Below are positions 40,781 to 53,498 of a DNA stretch of 64,000 bases, piece by piece. Made by a program: the position numbers and the translations under genes. Origin of the DNA: Macrostomum lignano (taxonomy: Eukaryota); NCBI GenBank assembly GCA_002269645.1, contig NIVC01003682.1, positions 1 through 64,000 of the forward strand. Reading direction: 5' to 3'. How positions within the stretch are numbered: position 1 is the stretch's first letter; every line of letters starts with the position of its first letter. The notes below the pieces were generated by a model that was not told where the DNA came from, searched no databases, and saw nothing but the letters and a program-made list of their open reading frames with translations.

Positions 40781-43700
40781 TTGGCCATGGAGCTGCAGCA
40801 GCAGCAGCAGCAGTCTCATTATCACCAAGCCAGTGGGTTGCTCCGCTCTGTTCAAAGCTGCGAAGATGTTCAACAACTGATTCCTAATGCTACTGTCAGT
40901 AGTTCGGTTGGACAGGGCGCATCTAGCGGCAATGATCAGCTGATGCTGTCCGCGGCTAGGGAAGAGCGCGCCACCTCCACTGTGCTGCCCAGTAGTCAGC
41001 AGGCGGCCACCAGCACCTCGGATCTGTTGGACGCCTGCGGTGGCGTTGGCAGCGGTATTCAAGAAGGCTGTCCGCTTGTTGTCTGGCACTGCCGCTCGCC
41101 GTCCTCGCAGCTGTGCGACCAGCAGCAACATATGGCTACCGGCTCTGCTGAATGCGCGGTGAGTCTGGGTTTTTGTTTAGTTAGCTAAGCTGTGTACTTA
41201 TTTTGAGCACACACATGCTCTCACAGGGGCCCTGACTTCCAATCGCCAGGCATGTACACTCTCTGTGCCTTTAGGGTTGGCCCTCGTGGGCGAGAATCGC
41301 GGAGGGAGGGATGAAATCAAAGAGGGGAGAGGAGAGAAGAAAGAGATGAGAGAAAGACAAGAGAAGAGAATGAAATGAGAGAGAGGAAAGAAGAGAAGCA
41401 GATGAGAGATATGGTACAGATAAGAGAGGAAAGAAGATAAGCAGATGAGAGATATGGTACAGATAAGAGAGGTAGGTAAGAAGAGAAGCAGATGAGAGAT
41501 ATGGTACAGATAAGAGAGGAAAGAAGAGAAGCAGATGAGAGATATGGTACAGATAAGAGAGGTAAGAAGAGAAGCAGATGAGAGATATGGTACAGATAAG
41601 AGAGGGAAGAAGAGAAGCAGATGAGAGATATGGTACAGATAAGAGAGGGAAGAAGAGAAGCAGATGAGAGATATGGTACAGATAAGAGAGGGAAGAAGAG
41701 AAGCAGATGAGAGATATGGTACAGATAAGAGAGGGAAGAAGAGAAGCAGATGAGAGATATGGTACAGATAAGAGAGGAAAGAAGAGAAGCAGATGAGAGA
41801 TATGGTACAGATAAGAGAGGGAAGAAGAGAATATGAGAGTAGAGAGAAGGAATTAGAGAGTAGAGTGCTGAGAATAGCCACAAACCTTTAGCGGGCCGGA
41901 TTGCTATTGTGAAGTTTCAAAGGACCCCATGGTCGGATAGAGAGGCTTTGCGGTCCGGAGTTTTCCAACCCCTGTTCTAAATAAAAAGATACAGAGACAT
42001 AAATTAATCGTTTACTGCTTTTAAATGATCACGATTTGTGAATTCAAGGCACAAATAGAAAGAAAGAAAAAAGAACAATTTTTTTATACTACTAAGCATT
42101 ATACTCTAGTAGTATGTGCTTTGTGTTAGGCATCTCACGATAGGCTGTTTAGTCTAGCAGTTGACGTTTTAATTGTTGATAACTAACTACTCGACAACAA
42201 GCTGTTCGCTAATTTTCCTCGCGCTATATAATTGGCCTGTTGGGTAATAATTTTTGTCCAAATTGCAGACTCTAATACTTTTAGAAAAACTTCGGTTAGC
42301 AATTTAACTGTCGCACTGCCTAATAACTGCGCTGTATGTCGCGTTCTCATGTCTGACTAGAATAAATTAGCATTACATTCTGCTGCTCGTTTGTAACAGC
42401 GCACATTTTAGTCTAGCGATCTTTTTAACAAAATGTTGCAGTACTTGTAGCTTTTAGCAAATTTGTATTTAGCTAAATCGAAGTTACAAAATTTAGAACG
42501 CTTTTTATTATAATGTCTGCGGAATGGGCAGAATAGCCATCGGCGCTGGTTTGTGCGATGATTTCGCCGAAGGCGTTGTGCCAGGGGGGTTGTAGCGTCG
42601 GACTCACGACTTGAAGGTCGGGGGTTCGATTCCCGATCCCTCTGGTCTAATTTGTGTCCTTGAGAACTTGACACTTAACTCTGCATTGCTTCAGTTCACC
42701 CAGCTGTAAAATGGGTGCCAGCATTAACTGGGGTAATTGAGGGTGTGTGTGGCGACCCTTGAGTCTATGGACTGAACAGCCGTACGCAGCCTTCAGATGC
42801 GCCGCGCGATTGCTGCGGCTGAGCTGTCGGTTGCACATCTGGCCCAATTGGGTCAGGTGTGATCAATTATTATTATTACTATATTGTCAGTATCCCTGTG
42901 CGACATGTTTTCCCGTCAGCCAGCCCGACTGAAAAATTGCTGATGGCACAGTTTGTATCACCCGTTCCAACCCTTCCGCAGCCGCTGCATCTTCAGCACT
43001 ATCAGCATCAGTTGCCGGTGTCTGCCGGTGTCTCACCAGATACCGCCGACTCTCAGGCTGACATCTGCCGAATCTGTCACTGTCCGGACACTGATCCGGC
43101 CGGCGATAATCCGCTTATATCGCCCTGTCTGTGCTCCGGCTCTTTAAAATACGTGCACAGAGACTGCCTGCAGCACTGGGTTAAATCGCAGGATATTAAA
43201 GTTTGTGAATTGTGCAAATTTGGCTTTGTTATGCGGGTCACTACTAAGCCGATTAGCGAGGTGAGAAATATGTCTTAACCCTTCCTACGTACCTGTCAAT
43301 TAACATATTTTTATCCGACCCTGTCAGCCAATCAGAATCTACCCCTATCCAACCCTGTTAGCCAATCAGAACCTACCCCTGTCCGACCCTATCAGCCAAT
43401 CAGAATCCATCCCTATCCGATCCTGTCAGCCAATAAGATTAGTCCCTATCTGACCTGTCAGCCAATGAGCTTCGTCCCTATCCGACCCGACCCTGACAAC
43501 CAATCAGCTTCGTCCCAATCCGACCCTTCAGCCAATCAGAATTCATCCCTATTCGACCCTGTCAGCCAATCAGAATCCATCCCTATCCGACCCTGCCAGC
43601 CAATCAGAATCCATCCCTATCCGACCCTGCAAGCCAATCAGAATCCATCCCTATCCGACCCTGCCACCCAATCAGAATCCATCCCTATCCGACCCTGCAA

Positions 43701-44346
43701 GCCAATCAGAATCCATCCCTATCCGACCCTGCCACCCAATCAGAATCCATCCCTATCCGACCCTGCAAGCCAATCAGAATCCATCCCTAACCGACCCTGC
43801 CAGCCAATCAGAATCTATCCCTAACCGACCCTGCAAGCCAATCAGAATCCATCCCTATCCGACCCTGACAGCCAACCAGCTTCATCTGTGACTCGCAGTT
43901 CACTAATCCCAGCTCATTTTCTCATTAAAACTATAGTACTAATAGGATGAAACTCTCCAATTCCGCAGTGGCGAAAGCTGGACATTAGCTCTCTAGAGCG
44001 GCGCAAGATAATCTGCAGCGTCTCATTTCACATCATCGCGCTCACCTGCGTGATCTGGTCCCTATACGTGCTAATAGAGAAGACCAGCGCCGAGATCAAC
44101 TCGGGCAAGCTGGAGTGGCCGTTCTGGACTAAGCTGGTAGTTGTAGCCATCGGCTTCACCGGCGGCACAGTATTCATGTACGTGCAGTGCCGCACCTACT
44201 TCGGCTTGTGCAGACGGTGGCGCTCGTTCAATCGGACCTTCCTTATTCAGTCGGCATCCGAGGAGGAGCTCAGCCGGGCCAGGGCGCTGGCCAAAGCCCG
44301 GCCGCCAAGACGGTCGAGTGATTACTGCAGCGACGAATTAGTGTAG
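40781..44346 (+). CDS. MARCHF8: MARCH-family RING-CH membrane E3 ubiquitin ligase (MARCH1/8-like)
   Basis: The RING-CH exon ending at 43260 reads CRICHC...[19 protein letters not shown]...CELCK. It splices in phase 0 to 43969-44346 (WRKLD...[27 protein letters not shown]...[23 protein letters not shown]). The Gln-rich putative first exon 40781-41158 and its acceptor (possibly 42952) are less certain. Confidence 0.88.
41388..41830. repeat. ~43-bp purine-rich minisatellite, ~10 copies, in a MARCH intron
   Basis: Unit gaagagaagcagatgagagatatggtacagataagagagg(aa). Confidence 0.95.
42571..42880 (+). mobile_element. tRNA-derived SINE with conserved central domain and (ATT)n tail
   Basis: B box GGTTCGATTCC at ~42623; central tgtgtccttgag...cacttaac...cacccagctgtaaaatgggt resembles CORE/Deu-type SINE cores; ends attattattatt. 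Confidence 0.8.
43305..43875. repeat. ~34-bp minisatellite containing GCCAATCAG in nearly every unit
   Basis: Unit gccaatcagaatccatccctatccgaccct(g..), ~16 copies, in the intron after the RING-CH exon. Confidence 0.95.
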
Positions 44347-46847
44347 TGTGTGTGTGTGTGTGTGTGTGTGTTTGTGCATTAGGCATTTCTTGGGACAAGC
44401 GTGTATAAACTGACCCGTGCTATTAGGACCAAAAATGTGTTGGGCCAGGCCCAATAAGTGCGTCCCGACACTTCCAAAAATGAATTCTATTGAAATGAAA
44501 AAATATTCATTGGAACCGTCTTTCGATTCTCCTTTCAAAAATCATTGTCATTTTTTCATATTTTTAATCAAACACGGGGAATCTAATGATTTGCAGTGTC
44601 CTAAGAAGTTTAAAAAATTATGCGAACTGATGGTCTGATCCAACAGAACAATTGGGTCTCAAATCGGAATTCTCGTTTTATTACAATATTTCTTACAATA
44701 TCAAGAAAGTCTACTACAAGTAACAGATAAAGGTTCCCCACAGGGCTGCCAATCAACACTTGAAAGGATCCACTGACATTTGGCATCGTGTTTACTAAAT
44801 ATGAAATAATTTAATACAGATTTAGAATATTACAAGCAAGCATACAAACCTAATAGATTTAGTATATTTAGATTTTTGCATAGAAACAGCTAGCATCTAA
44901 ATTCATTAGCTTCCAATTTCACTTATACACGAAACATAACAAATTAAGGTTACATCCGCTCGTGCCCTGGGCCATTTTAACTGAAATTCTCGTTTTAAAT
45001 CCGCTGCATTAATCTATTTGTCATATGTGAATGGGATTAACGGACTCAAGTTAGTGACTGGAGGCCATTAACGTAAAGTGACACTTTGAGTGAGGTAGTT
45101 TTCCGGTGGAAATTCTCACAGTCTTATGAAGCGCTTTTAGAGCAAAGAAATAAAGGGCAAAGAAAAACTTTGCATTTCCCGAGAAAACCGAGGACGAGTA
45201 TTAGAGGGAAACGTTTAATCTCTAAGGCTTTAAATGACTTCTTTATTGGCCTGGGTTTGGGCAGCCATACTATGCAGCAAATTTTTTCCTAGAATTATGA
45301 TAATTATCGTCTGGTATACTGAAAAGTACGGAGATACCAAGAAACTTAAGATGACTGCATGGACTGCTAGCACATGTTTGAGTGTCACTGTCACTGTAAA
45401 GTCTAAATCGATGACTAGTTGGCCCAAAACTACTAGGCCTTCCTGGAAAACAATTCTGCTTATCTTGGATCGTAAAGATAAACCCACGTACAGTGCAGAA
45501 GTGTTAGGACAAGCGTGTACAAGACCCAGGCAATCCCTTACCCAGGCCACGCGTACATTCCTATCGCGGCGGGGGGAAGCGGGGAGGAGAGGCGGGTGCA
45601 AGGGAGTCGGGATAAAGTTTACACTGAAGTTGAGGCCTACAAGAGGAAGAGCCAATTCTAACGGAAAGGTTCATGTAGAAGTTCCCTTTGACAAAAGGCG
45701 TACTGGCGGTACTGCATATGTTCAAACGAATATAATTCATTTACGAGACCTGCACTACACAGACAAAATGTGCCATGTCACAAGAGTTTCCATGCATGAC
45801 CTGGCATGAAAAGACTTGGCTAGGAACCATTACACATATGTAAGTAGAATTTAAAATTCTTTTTAAAATTTTATGATTAAATAAAAACTTAACTGGAATT
45901 TACATATGTCTTTTCTAAAATTCCAGATACGTTGATTTCGATAAGCTACCGTTTTCTTCTATAACAAACAGATTTGCCTTCATTGTCCAGTAAGTATTGT
46001 CTCGTACTCGTATATGTCGTATTTTTTGTACGTTGAAAAAAATAATTAGCAGCCTAGTAATACTCTGAGCTCAGTGAAATATAAGAGAGGCGGCACGATC
46101 ACCTTATTTATCAATTAATTTACAACAGCCAGTTGAGCAATCATAAGTAGGCAAAATTTACACTTCTAGGAAGAACAAATTTTACTAAAAGTTTCAATCA
46201 AAACATTTAGGAAAGAAATCTCGCATGACACATCGCCCACAGTACTAGAGACTTGGAGAAATACTATGTGAGTTTGCTGGGCAACTAATATAATATATTA
46301 CTGTTATAATTCGATAGTCAAATTATTTTTCTACTCAAAGCAGTATTATTACATAACTAAAGAACAGTATAAAATGACAGCATTCTAGAACGAGAAACAA
46401 AGCTTACTGCAAAGGCAAACGCCTAAAGAAAAGCAGGGCAGAGTCAGCAACAAAAAAGAAGCTCATCTGATTGGGAAGATGGGCGGTCAGCAAAGAGATA
46501 GGATCTCAGAAAATTGCAATTCCCAGTAACTAAAACTTAATTGCAATAAGTGTTTTGTTTTCTAGGGCATTATTAAAACAAGCAAGCCTGCCTGCAGTCA
46601 GCTAAGGGCAAAGTAAGTTGCTGCGGCACTATCGAGAAAGTGAAATTTGTACATACTCCATCTAACTGACACAAGCAGCACCGTTGGGACAAACTACGAG
46701 TATTTTAATTGTACAGTAAAATTTCATTGACAATGAAGCATTTATTAGAACAGCGACATTTAAATCTGTTTTCAAACAAATCAGACAGATTTCTCAATAA
46801 GTGATTTTTCTTTTGTGCGCCCACGCACAGGTTCATCCGCATTCAAA

Positions 46848-49800
46848 CTCGCCGCTGCATCCGTCATTTATTTCACTTGCTGCTCACAAGCCGCAGCAGC
46901 AGCAGCAGCAGCAGCAGCAGCCGCTATCCATGCAGGCAGTCAGTCTATTTGTGAATTTTCTGGTGGATCTGAAGAAAACCCGTCCGGCACAGGATTAAAG
47001 AGAAAGAGACGATCTGTTTTGGGTGAGTATTATCTGCTGTAGAAGTATTGTACACCAGAGTACTTGTGTTACCTGGTAGAGCACAATTCAAAAGCAATGC
47101 AACATCTCAGTGGCATTGTTGGGACACAAGCTACAAACGCAATGAATAGTAAACACAGCCCAGTCTAGCTCAAGGCTAGTAATTTGTTGGGCATTTATTG
47201 GGACATTGCAGCCAGGCTTATTTTTTGAACAGCATTTGTTGGGTCGCACTTATTGGGACAATACTGATTCTAATCGCGACTACTTCTGAGTTCTGACTTT
47301 TCAAAACAGACCCAGCATTAGTTGAACACGTTCTATTAAAGGGTTCTTTATAGCCTATTAATGATTACTAAAGCAAGCCTATCTTAATTGATTTCTTTTC
47401 CTCACAGCTTCTGAAGTCAGCAACGCCAGCGACATGCCTAAGAGACAAGAATGCGCTTTAACGATCAGCAGCGAGCATTCTGATCTCGCCGCTGCATCCG
47501 TCATTTAGTTCACTTGCTGCTCACAAGCCGCAGCAGCAGCAGCCGCTATCCGTGCAGGCAGTCAGTCTATTTGTGAATTTTCTGGTGGATCTGAAGAAAA
47601 CCCGTCCGGCACAGGATTAAAGAGAAAGAGACGATCTGTTTTGGGTGAGTATTATCTGCTGTAGAAGTATTGTACACCAGAGTACTTGTGTTACCTGGTA
47701 GAGCACAATTCAAAAGCAATGCAAAATCTCAGTGGCATTGTTGGGACACAAGCTACAAACGCAATGAATAGTAAACACAGCCCAGCCTAGTTCAAGGCTA
47801 GTAATTTGTTGGGCATTTATTGGGACATTGCAGCCAGGCTTATTTTTTGAACAGCATTTGTTGGGTCGCACTTATTGGGACAATACTGATTCTAATCGCG
47901 ACTACTTCTGAGTTCTGACTTTTCAAAACAGACCCAGCATTAGTTGAACACGTTCTATTAAAGGGTTCTTTATAGCCTATTAATGATTACTAAAGCAAGC
48001 CTATCTTAATTGATTTCTTTTCCTCGCAGCTTCTGAAGTCAGCAACGCCAGCGACATGCCTAAGAGACAAGAATGCGCTTTAACGATCAGCAGCGAGCAT
48101 TCTGATCTCGCCGCTGCATCCGTCATTTAGTTCACTTGCTGCTCACAAGCCGCAGCAGCAGCAGCCGCTATCCATGCAGGCAGTCAGTCTATTTGTGAAT
48201 TTTCTGGTGGATCTGAAGAAAACCCGTCCGGCACAGGATTAAAGAGAAAGAGACGATCTGTTTTGGGTGAGTATTATCTGCTGTAGAAGTATTGTACACC
48301 AGAGTACTTGTGTTACCTGGTAGAGCACAATTCAAAAGCAATGCAACATCTTAGTGGCATTGTTGGGACACAAGCTACAAACGCAATGAATAGTAAACAC
48401 AGCCCAGCCTAGCTCAAGGCTAGTAATTTGTTGGGCATTTATTGGGACATTGCAGCCAGGCTTATTTTTTGAACAGCATTTGTTGGGTCGCACTTATTGG
48501 GACAATACTGATTCTAATCGCGACTACTTCTGAGTTCTGACTTTTCAAAACAGACCCAGCATTAGTTGAACACGTTCTATTAAAGGGTTCTTTATAGCCT
48601 ATTAATGATTACTAAAGCAAGCCTATCTTAATTGATTTCTTTTCCTCACAGCTTCTGAAGTCAGCAACGCCAGCGACATGCCTAAGAGACAAGAATGCGC
48701 TTTAACGATCAGCAGCGAGCATTCTGATCTCGCCGCTGCATCCGTCATTTAGTTCACTTGCTGCTCACAAGCCGCAGCAGCAGCAGCCGCTATCCGTGCA
48801 GGCAGTCAGTCTATTTGTGAATTTTCTGGTGGATCTGAAGAAAACCCGTCCGGCACAGGATTAAAGAGAAAGAGACGATCTGTTTTGGGTGAGTATTATC
48901 TGCTGTAGAAGTATTGTACACCAGAGTACTTGTGTTACCTGGTAGAGCACAATTCAAAAGCAATGCAACATCTCAGTGGCATTGTTGGGACACAAGCTAC
49001 AAACGCAATGAATAGTAAACACAGCCCAGCCTAGTTCAAGGCTAGTAATTTGTTGGGCATTTATTGGGACATTGCAGCCAGGCTTATTTTTTGAACAGCA
49101 TTTGTTGGGTCGCACTTATTGGGACAATACTGATTCTAATCGCGACTACTTCTGAGTTCTGACTTTTCAAAACAGACCCAGCATTAGTTGAACACGTTCT
49201 ATTAAAGGGTTCTTTTATAGCCTATTAATGATTACTAAAGCAAGCCTATCTTAATTGATTTCTTTTCCTCACAGCTTCTGAAGTCAGCAACGCCAGCGAC
49301 ATGCCTAAGAGACAAGAATGCGCTTTAACGATCAGCAGCGAGCATTCTGATCTCGCCGCTGCATCCGTCATTTAGTTCACTTGCTGCTCACAAGCCGCAG
49401 CAGCAGCAGCCGCTATCCTTGCAGGCAGTCAGTCTATTTGTGAATTTTCTGGTGGATCTGAAGAAAACCCGTCCGGCACAGGATTAAAGAGAAAGAGACG
49501 ATCTGTTTTGGGTGAGTATTATCTTCTGTAGAAGTATTGTACACCAGAGTACTTGTGTTACCTGGTAGAGCACAATTCAACAGCAATGCAACATCTCAGT
49601 GGCATTGTTGGGACACAAGCTACAAACGCAATGAATAGTAAACACAGCCCAGCCTAGTTCAAGGCTAGTAATTTGTTGGGCATTTATTGGGACATTGCAG
49701 CCAGGCTTATTTTTTGAACAGCATTTGTTGGGTCGCACTTATTGGGACAATACTGATTCTAATCGCGACTACTTCTGAGTTCTGACTTTTCAAAACAGAC

Positions 49801-51945
49801 CCAGCATTAGTTGAACACGTTCTATTAAAGGGTTCCTTTATAGCCTATTAATGATTACTAAAGCAAGCCTATCTTAATTGATTTCTTTTCCTCGCAGCTT
49901 CTGAAGTCAGCAACGCCAGCGACATGCCTAAGAGACAAGAATGCGCTTTAACGATCAGCAGCGAGCATTCTGATCTCGCCGCTGCATCCGTCATTTAGTT
50001 CACTTGCTGCTCACAAGCCGCAGCAGCAGCAGCCGCTATCCATGCAGGCAGTCAGTCTATTTGTGAATTTTCTGGTGGATCTGAAGAAAACCCGTCCGGC
50101 ACAGGATTAAAGAGAAAGAGACGATCTGTTTTGGGTGAGTATTATCTGCTGTAGAAGTATTGTACACCAGAGTACTTGTGTTACCTGGTAGAGCACAATT
50201 CAAAAGCAATGCAACATCTCAGTGGCATTGTTGGGACACAAGCTACAAACGCAATGAATAGTAAACACAGCCCAGCCTAGTTCAAGGCTAGTAATTTGTT
50301 GGGCATTTATTGGGACATTGCAGCCAGGCTTATTTTTTGAACAGCATTTGTTGGGTCGCACTTATTGGGACAATACTGATTCTAATCGCGACTACTTCTG
50401 AGTTCTGACTTTTCAAAACAGACCCAGCATTAGTTGAACACGTTCTATTAAAGGGTTCTTTATAGCCTATTAATGATTACTAAAGCAAGCCTATCTTAAT
50501 TGATTTCTTTTCCTCGCAGCTTCTGAAGTCAGCAACGCCAGCGACATGCCTAAGAGACAAGAATGCGCTTTAACGATCAGCAGCGAGCATTCTGATCTCG
50601 CCGCTGCATCCGTCATTTAGTTCACTTGCTGCTCACAAGCCGCAGCAGCAGCAGCCGCTATCCTTGCAGGCAGTCAGTCTATTTGTGAATTTTCTGGTGG
50701 ATCTGAAGAAAACCCGTCCGGCACAGGATTAAAGAGAAAGAGACGATCTGTTTTGGGTGAGTATTATCTGCTGTAGAAGTATTGTATACCAGAGTACTTG
50801 TGTTACCTGGTAGAGCACAATTCAAAAGCAATGCAACATCTCAGTGGCATTGTTGGGACACAAGCTACAAACGCAATGAATAGTAAACACAGCCCAGCCT
50901 AGTTCAAGGCTAGTAATTTGTTGGGCATTTATTGGGACATTGCAGCCAGGCTTATTTTTTGAACAGCATTTGTTGGGTCGCACTTATTGGGACAATACTG
51001 ATTCTAATCGCGACTACTTCTGAGTTCTGACTTTTCAAAACAGACCCAGCATTAGTTGAACACGTTCTATTAAAGGGTTCTTTTATAGCCTATTAATGAT
51101 TACTAAAGCAAGCCTATCTTAATTGATTTCTTTTCCTCACAGCTTCTGAAGTCAGCAACGCCAGCGACATGCCTAAGAGACAAGAATGCGCTTTAACGAT
51201 CAGCAGCGAGCATTCTGATCTCGCCGCTGCATCCGTCATTTAGTTCACTTGCTGCTCACAAGCCGCAGCAGCAGCAGCCGCTATCCATGCAGGCAGTCAG
51301 TCTATTTGTGAATTTTCTGGTGGATCTGAAGAAAACCCGTCCGGCACAGGATTAAAGAGAAAGAGACGATCTGTTTTGGGTGAGTATTATCTGCTGTAGA
51401 AGTATTGTACACCAGAGTACTTGTGTTACCTGGTAGAGCACAATTCAAAAGCAATGCAACATCTCAGTGGCATTGTTGGGACACAAGCTACAAACGCAAT
51501 GAATAGTAAACACAGCCCAGCTTAGTTCAAGGCTAGTAATTTGTTGGGCATTTATTGGGACATTGCAGCCAGGCTTATTTTTTGAACAGCATTTGTTGGG
51601 TCGCACTTATTGGGACAATACTGATTCTAATCGCGACTACTTCTGAGTTCTGACTTTTCAAAACAGACCCAGCATTAGTTGAACACGTTCTATTAAAGGG
51701 TTCTTTTATAGCCTATTAATGATTACTAAAGCAAGCCTATCTTAATTGATTTCTTTTCCTCGCAGCTTCTGAAGTCAGCAACGCCAGCGACATGCCTAAG
51801 AGACAAGAATGCGCTTTAACGATCAGCAGCGAGCATTCTGATCTCGCCGCTGCATCTGTCATTTAGTTCACTTGCTGCTCACAAGCCGCAGCAGCAGCAG
51901 CAGCAGCAGCCGCTATCTGTGCAGCAGTCAGTTAATTCATGAGTT
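46848..51945 (+). repeat. 622-623-bp tandem array (~8 units), each unit an exon-intron cassette
   Basis: Donors G|GTGAGT follow positions 47022, 47644, 48266, 48888, 49511, 50134, 50756 and 51379. A polypyrimidine-CAG acceptor occurs in each unit (e.g. exon 47408-47644). Units are nearly identical. Confidence 0.95.
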
Positions 51946-52135
51946 TTCTGGCGGAGCTGGTTATATTTTAAGTTTCTGAATCGAGTAGCCGATCAACTGT
52001 TGTTTGATTTACTCGAATATTATTTAAAGGACGCATTTGTTTGCATTCTGTTTCTAATAAAATCCTGTGCACTGACCGCGGTGGAGCTCTAGCATTTTGC
52101 TTTTTATAGTATTTGTGTATATTGTTCTTCAAGCT

Positions 52136-52430
52136 ATACTGGAATTGTTGGGACAGCCCTATCCACACTGGCTATGCTGGAATTGTTGGGACAGCCCTAT
52201 CCACACTGGCTACGGTGGAATTGTTGGGACAGCCCCATCCACACTGGCTATGCTGGAATTGTTGGGACAGCCCTATCCACACTGGCTATGGTGGAATTGT
52301 TGGGACAGCCCCATCCACACTGGCTATGGTGGAATTGTTGGGACAGCCCCATCCACACTGGCTATGGTGGAATTGTTGGGACAGCCCCATCCACACTGGC
52401 TATGGTGGAATTGTTGGGACAGCCCCATAC
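52136..52430. repeat. 38-bp minisatellite, ~7.5 copies
   Basis: Unit ggaattgttgggacagccc(c/t)atccacactggctatg(g/c)t. Confidence 0.95.
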
Positions 52431-53035
52431 TATAGTGTGTGCTGGCTTCTGCTATAGTGTTGTTCATTTCCGCATCCTTTTACGTAGCATTCTGTGGGTC
52501 CGAATAGCTGACATGTACCTTTTGAGTAATTCTAGTGATTGTGTCATAATCAATAAAGTTCATTTTTATGAACAGTGGAGTTTCGCTACAGAATTGTTTT
52601 TTCCCAGTGGCACTAAATGTAGCAAATTTTGTTTATTCAGATCGTAAAATTTTTTTGATATGTGTCAATGTCGTTTGTCTTCGATAACCTTAAAGTCCCT
52701 TGCCATTTACCATCCTGTCTTCTATATTCTATGATCGCTGAAATTATCCGGTGAAATTTGACGCGCTGATATTATTGCCTTAAGTGGAATTCAGCAAGGG
52801 TTTTTTAATTCTGTTTTAGACAAGTATACATGTACAGTCTGTTGTGAGTTCAATACACCTCGAAAAATGCTTTCCAACTGTTTTCAGTAAGCTAAAAGCA
52901 TGTTGTCAATAAAAATCTATTTGTTGGGTTGAAAATTGCCTGTGTGGGGACGTGTGTGTGTGTGATTTTTCGTGTGTCGGAGCAGTCCCAATATGTGCAA
53001 GCTTTTGCACACTTGGCCAATAAGTGCCTCGTGCA

Positions 53036-53066
<31 letters not shown>

Positions 53067-53427
53067 CCTGTACCCCAGCCAACTGGAGCAGAATGTCGGC
53101 AATCTTACTGTATATTTTTCAGAATACAGTATAGCAAAATAGCAAATCTTTACGAAATCTGTGTTTAAAAACACGAACTGTTGTGTTTGATCTAGCGTTG
53201 CCGCAAACAGCAAATTCGGAACTAGAGGAGTTGTATTGCTAAAACACTGAAAACTTCCCTATTTCGCTGATGCATTTTGAAGCAGAAACTGCTATGCATG
53301 CATAACGGTCGATCCAATTAAAAGTACAAAGTTTTCAGGTCAAAAAAATTCCATGTTTGTCCCATGGACAGACATGATTATTCCAGTGGGATAATAATTA
53401 ACAAAATAATTAACAAAATTATTCCTG

Positions 53428-53498
53428 TCGAATCAGGAATCGAACCCCCGACCTTTCAAGTCGCGATTCCGACGCTCTAACCACTAGGCTACAACCTC
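53428..53498 (-). mobile_element. tRNA-like SINE head / tRNA pseudogene
   Basis: Minus strand reads GAGGTTGTAGCCTAGTGGTTAGAGCGTCGGAATCGCGACTTGAAAGGTCGGGGGTTCGATTCCTGATTC. A and B boxes are present, the anticodon stem pairs poorly, and it is homologous to the SINE head at 42571. Confidence 0.7.

Noticed and set aside
45086-45809. Overlapping ORFs up to 191 aa, possibly a decayed retroelement
   Set aside because: No convincing domain motif in any frame.
52097-52647. Repeat-protein ORFs here, and at 41198-41883, 61394-62026 and 62855-63436
   Set aside because: Translations of minisatellites, with no splice or domain support.
53428-53498. Functional tRNA gene
   Set aside because: The anticodon and acceptor stems pair poorly, and the sequence matches the SINE head at 42571.
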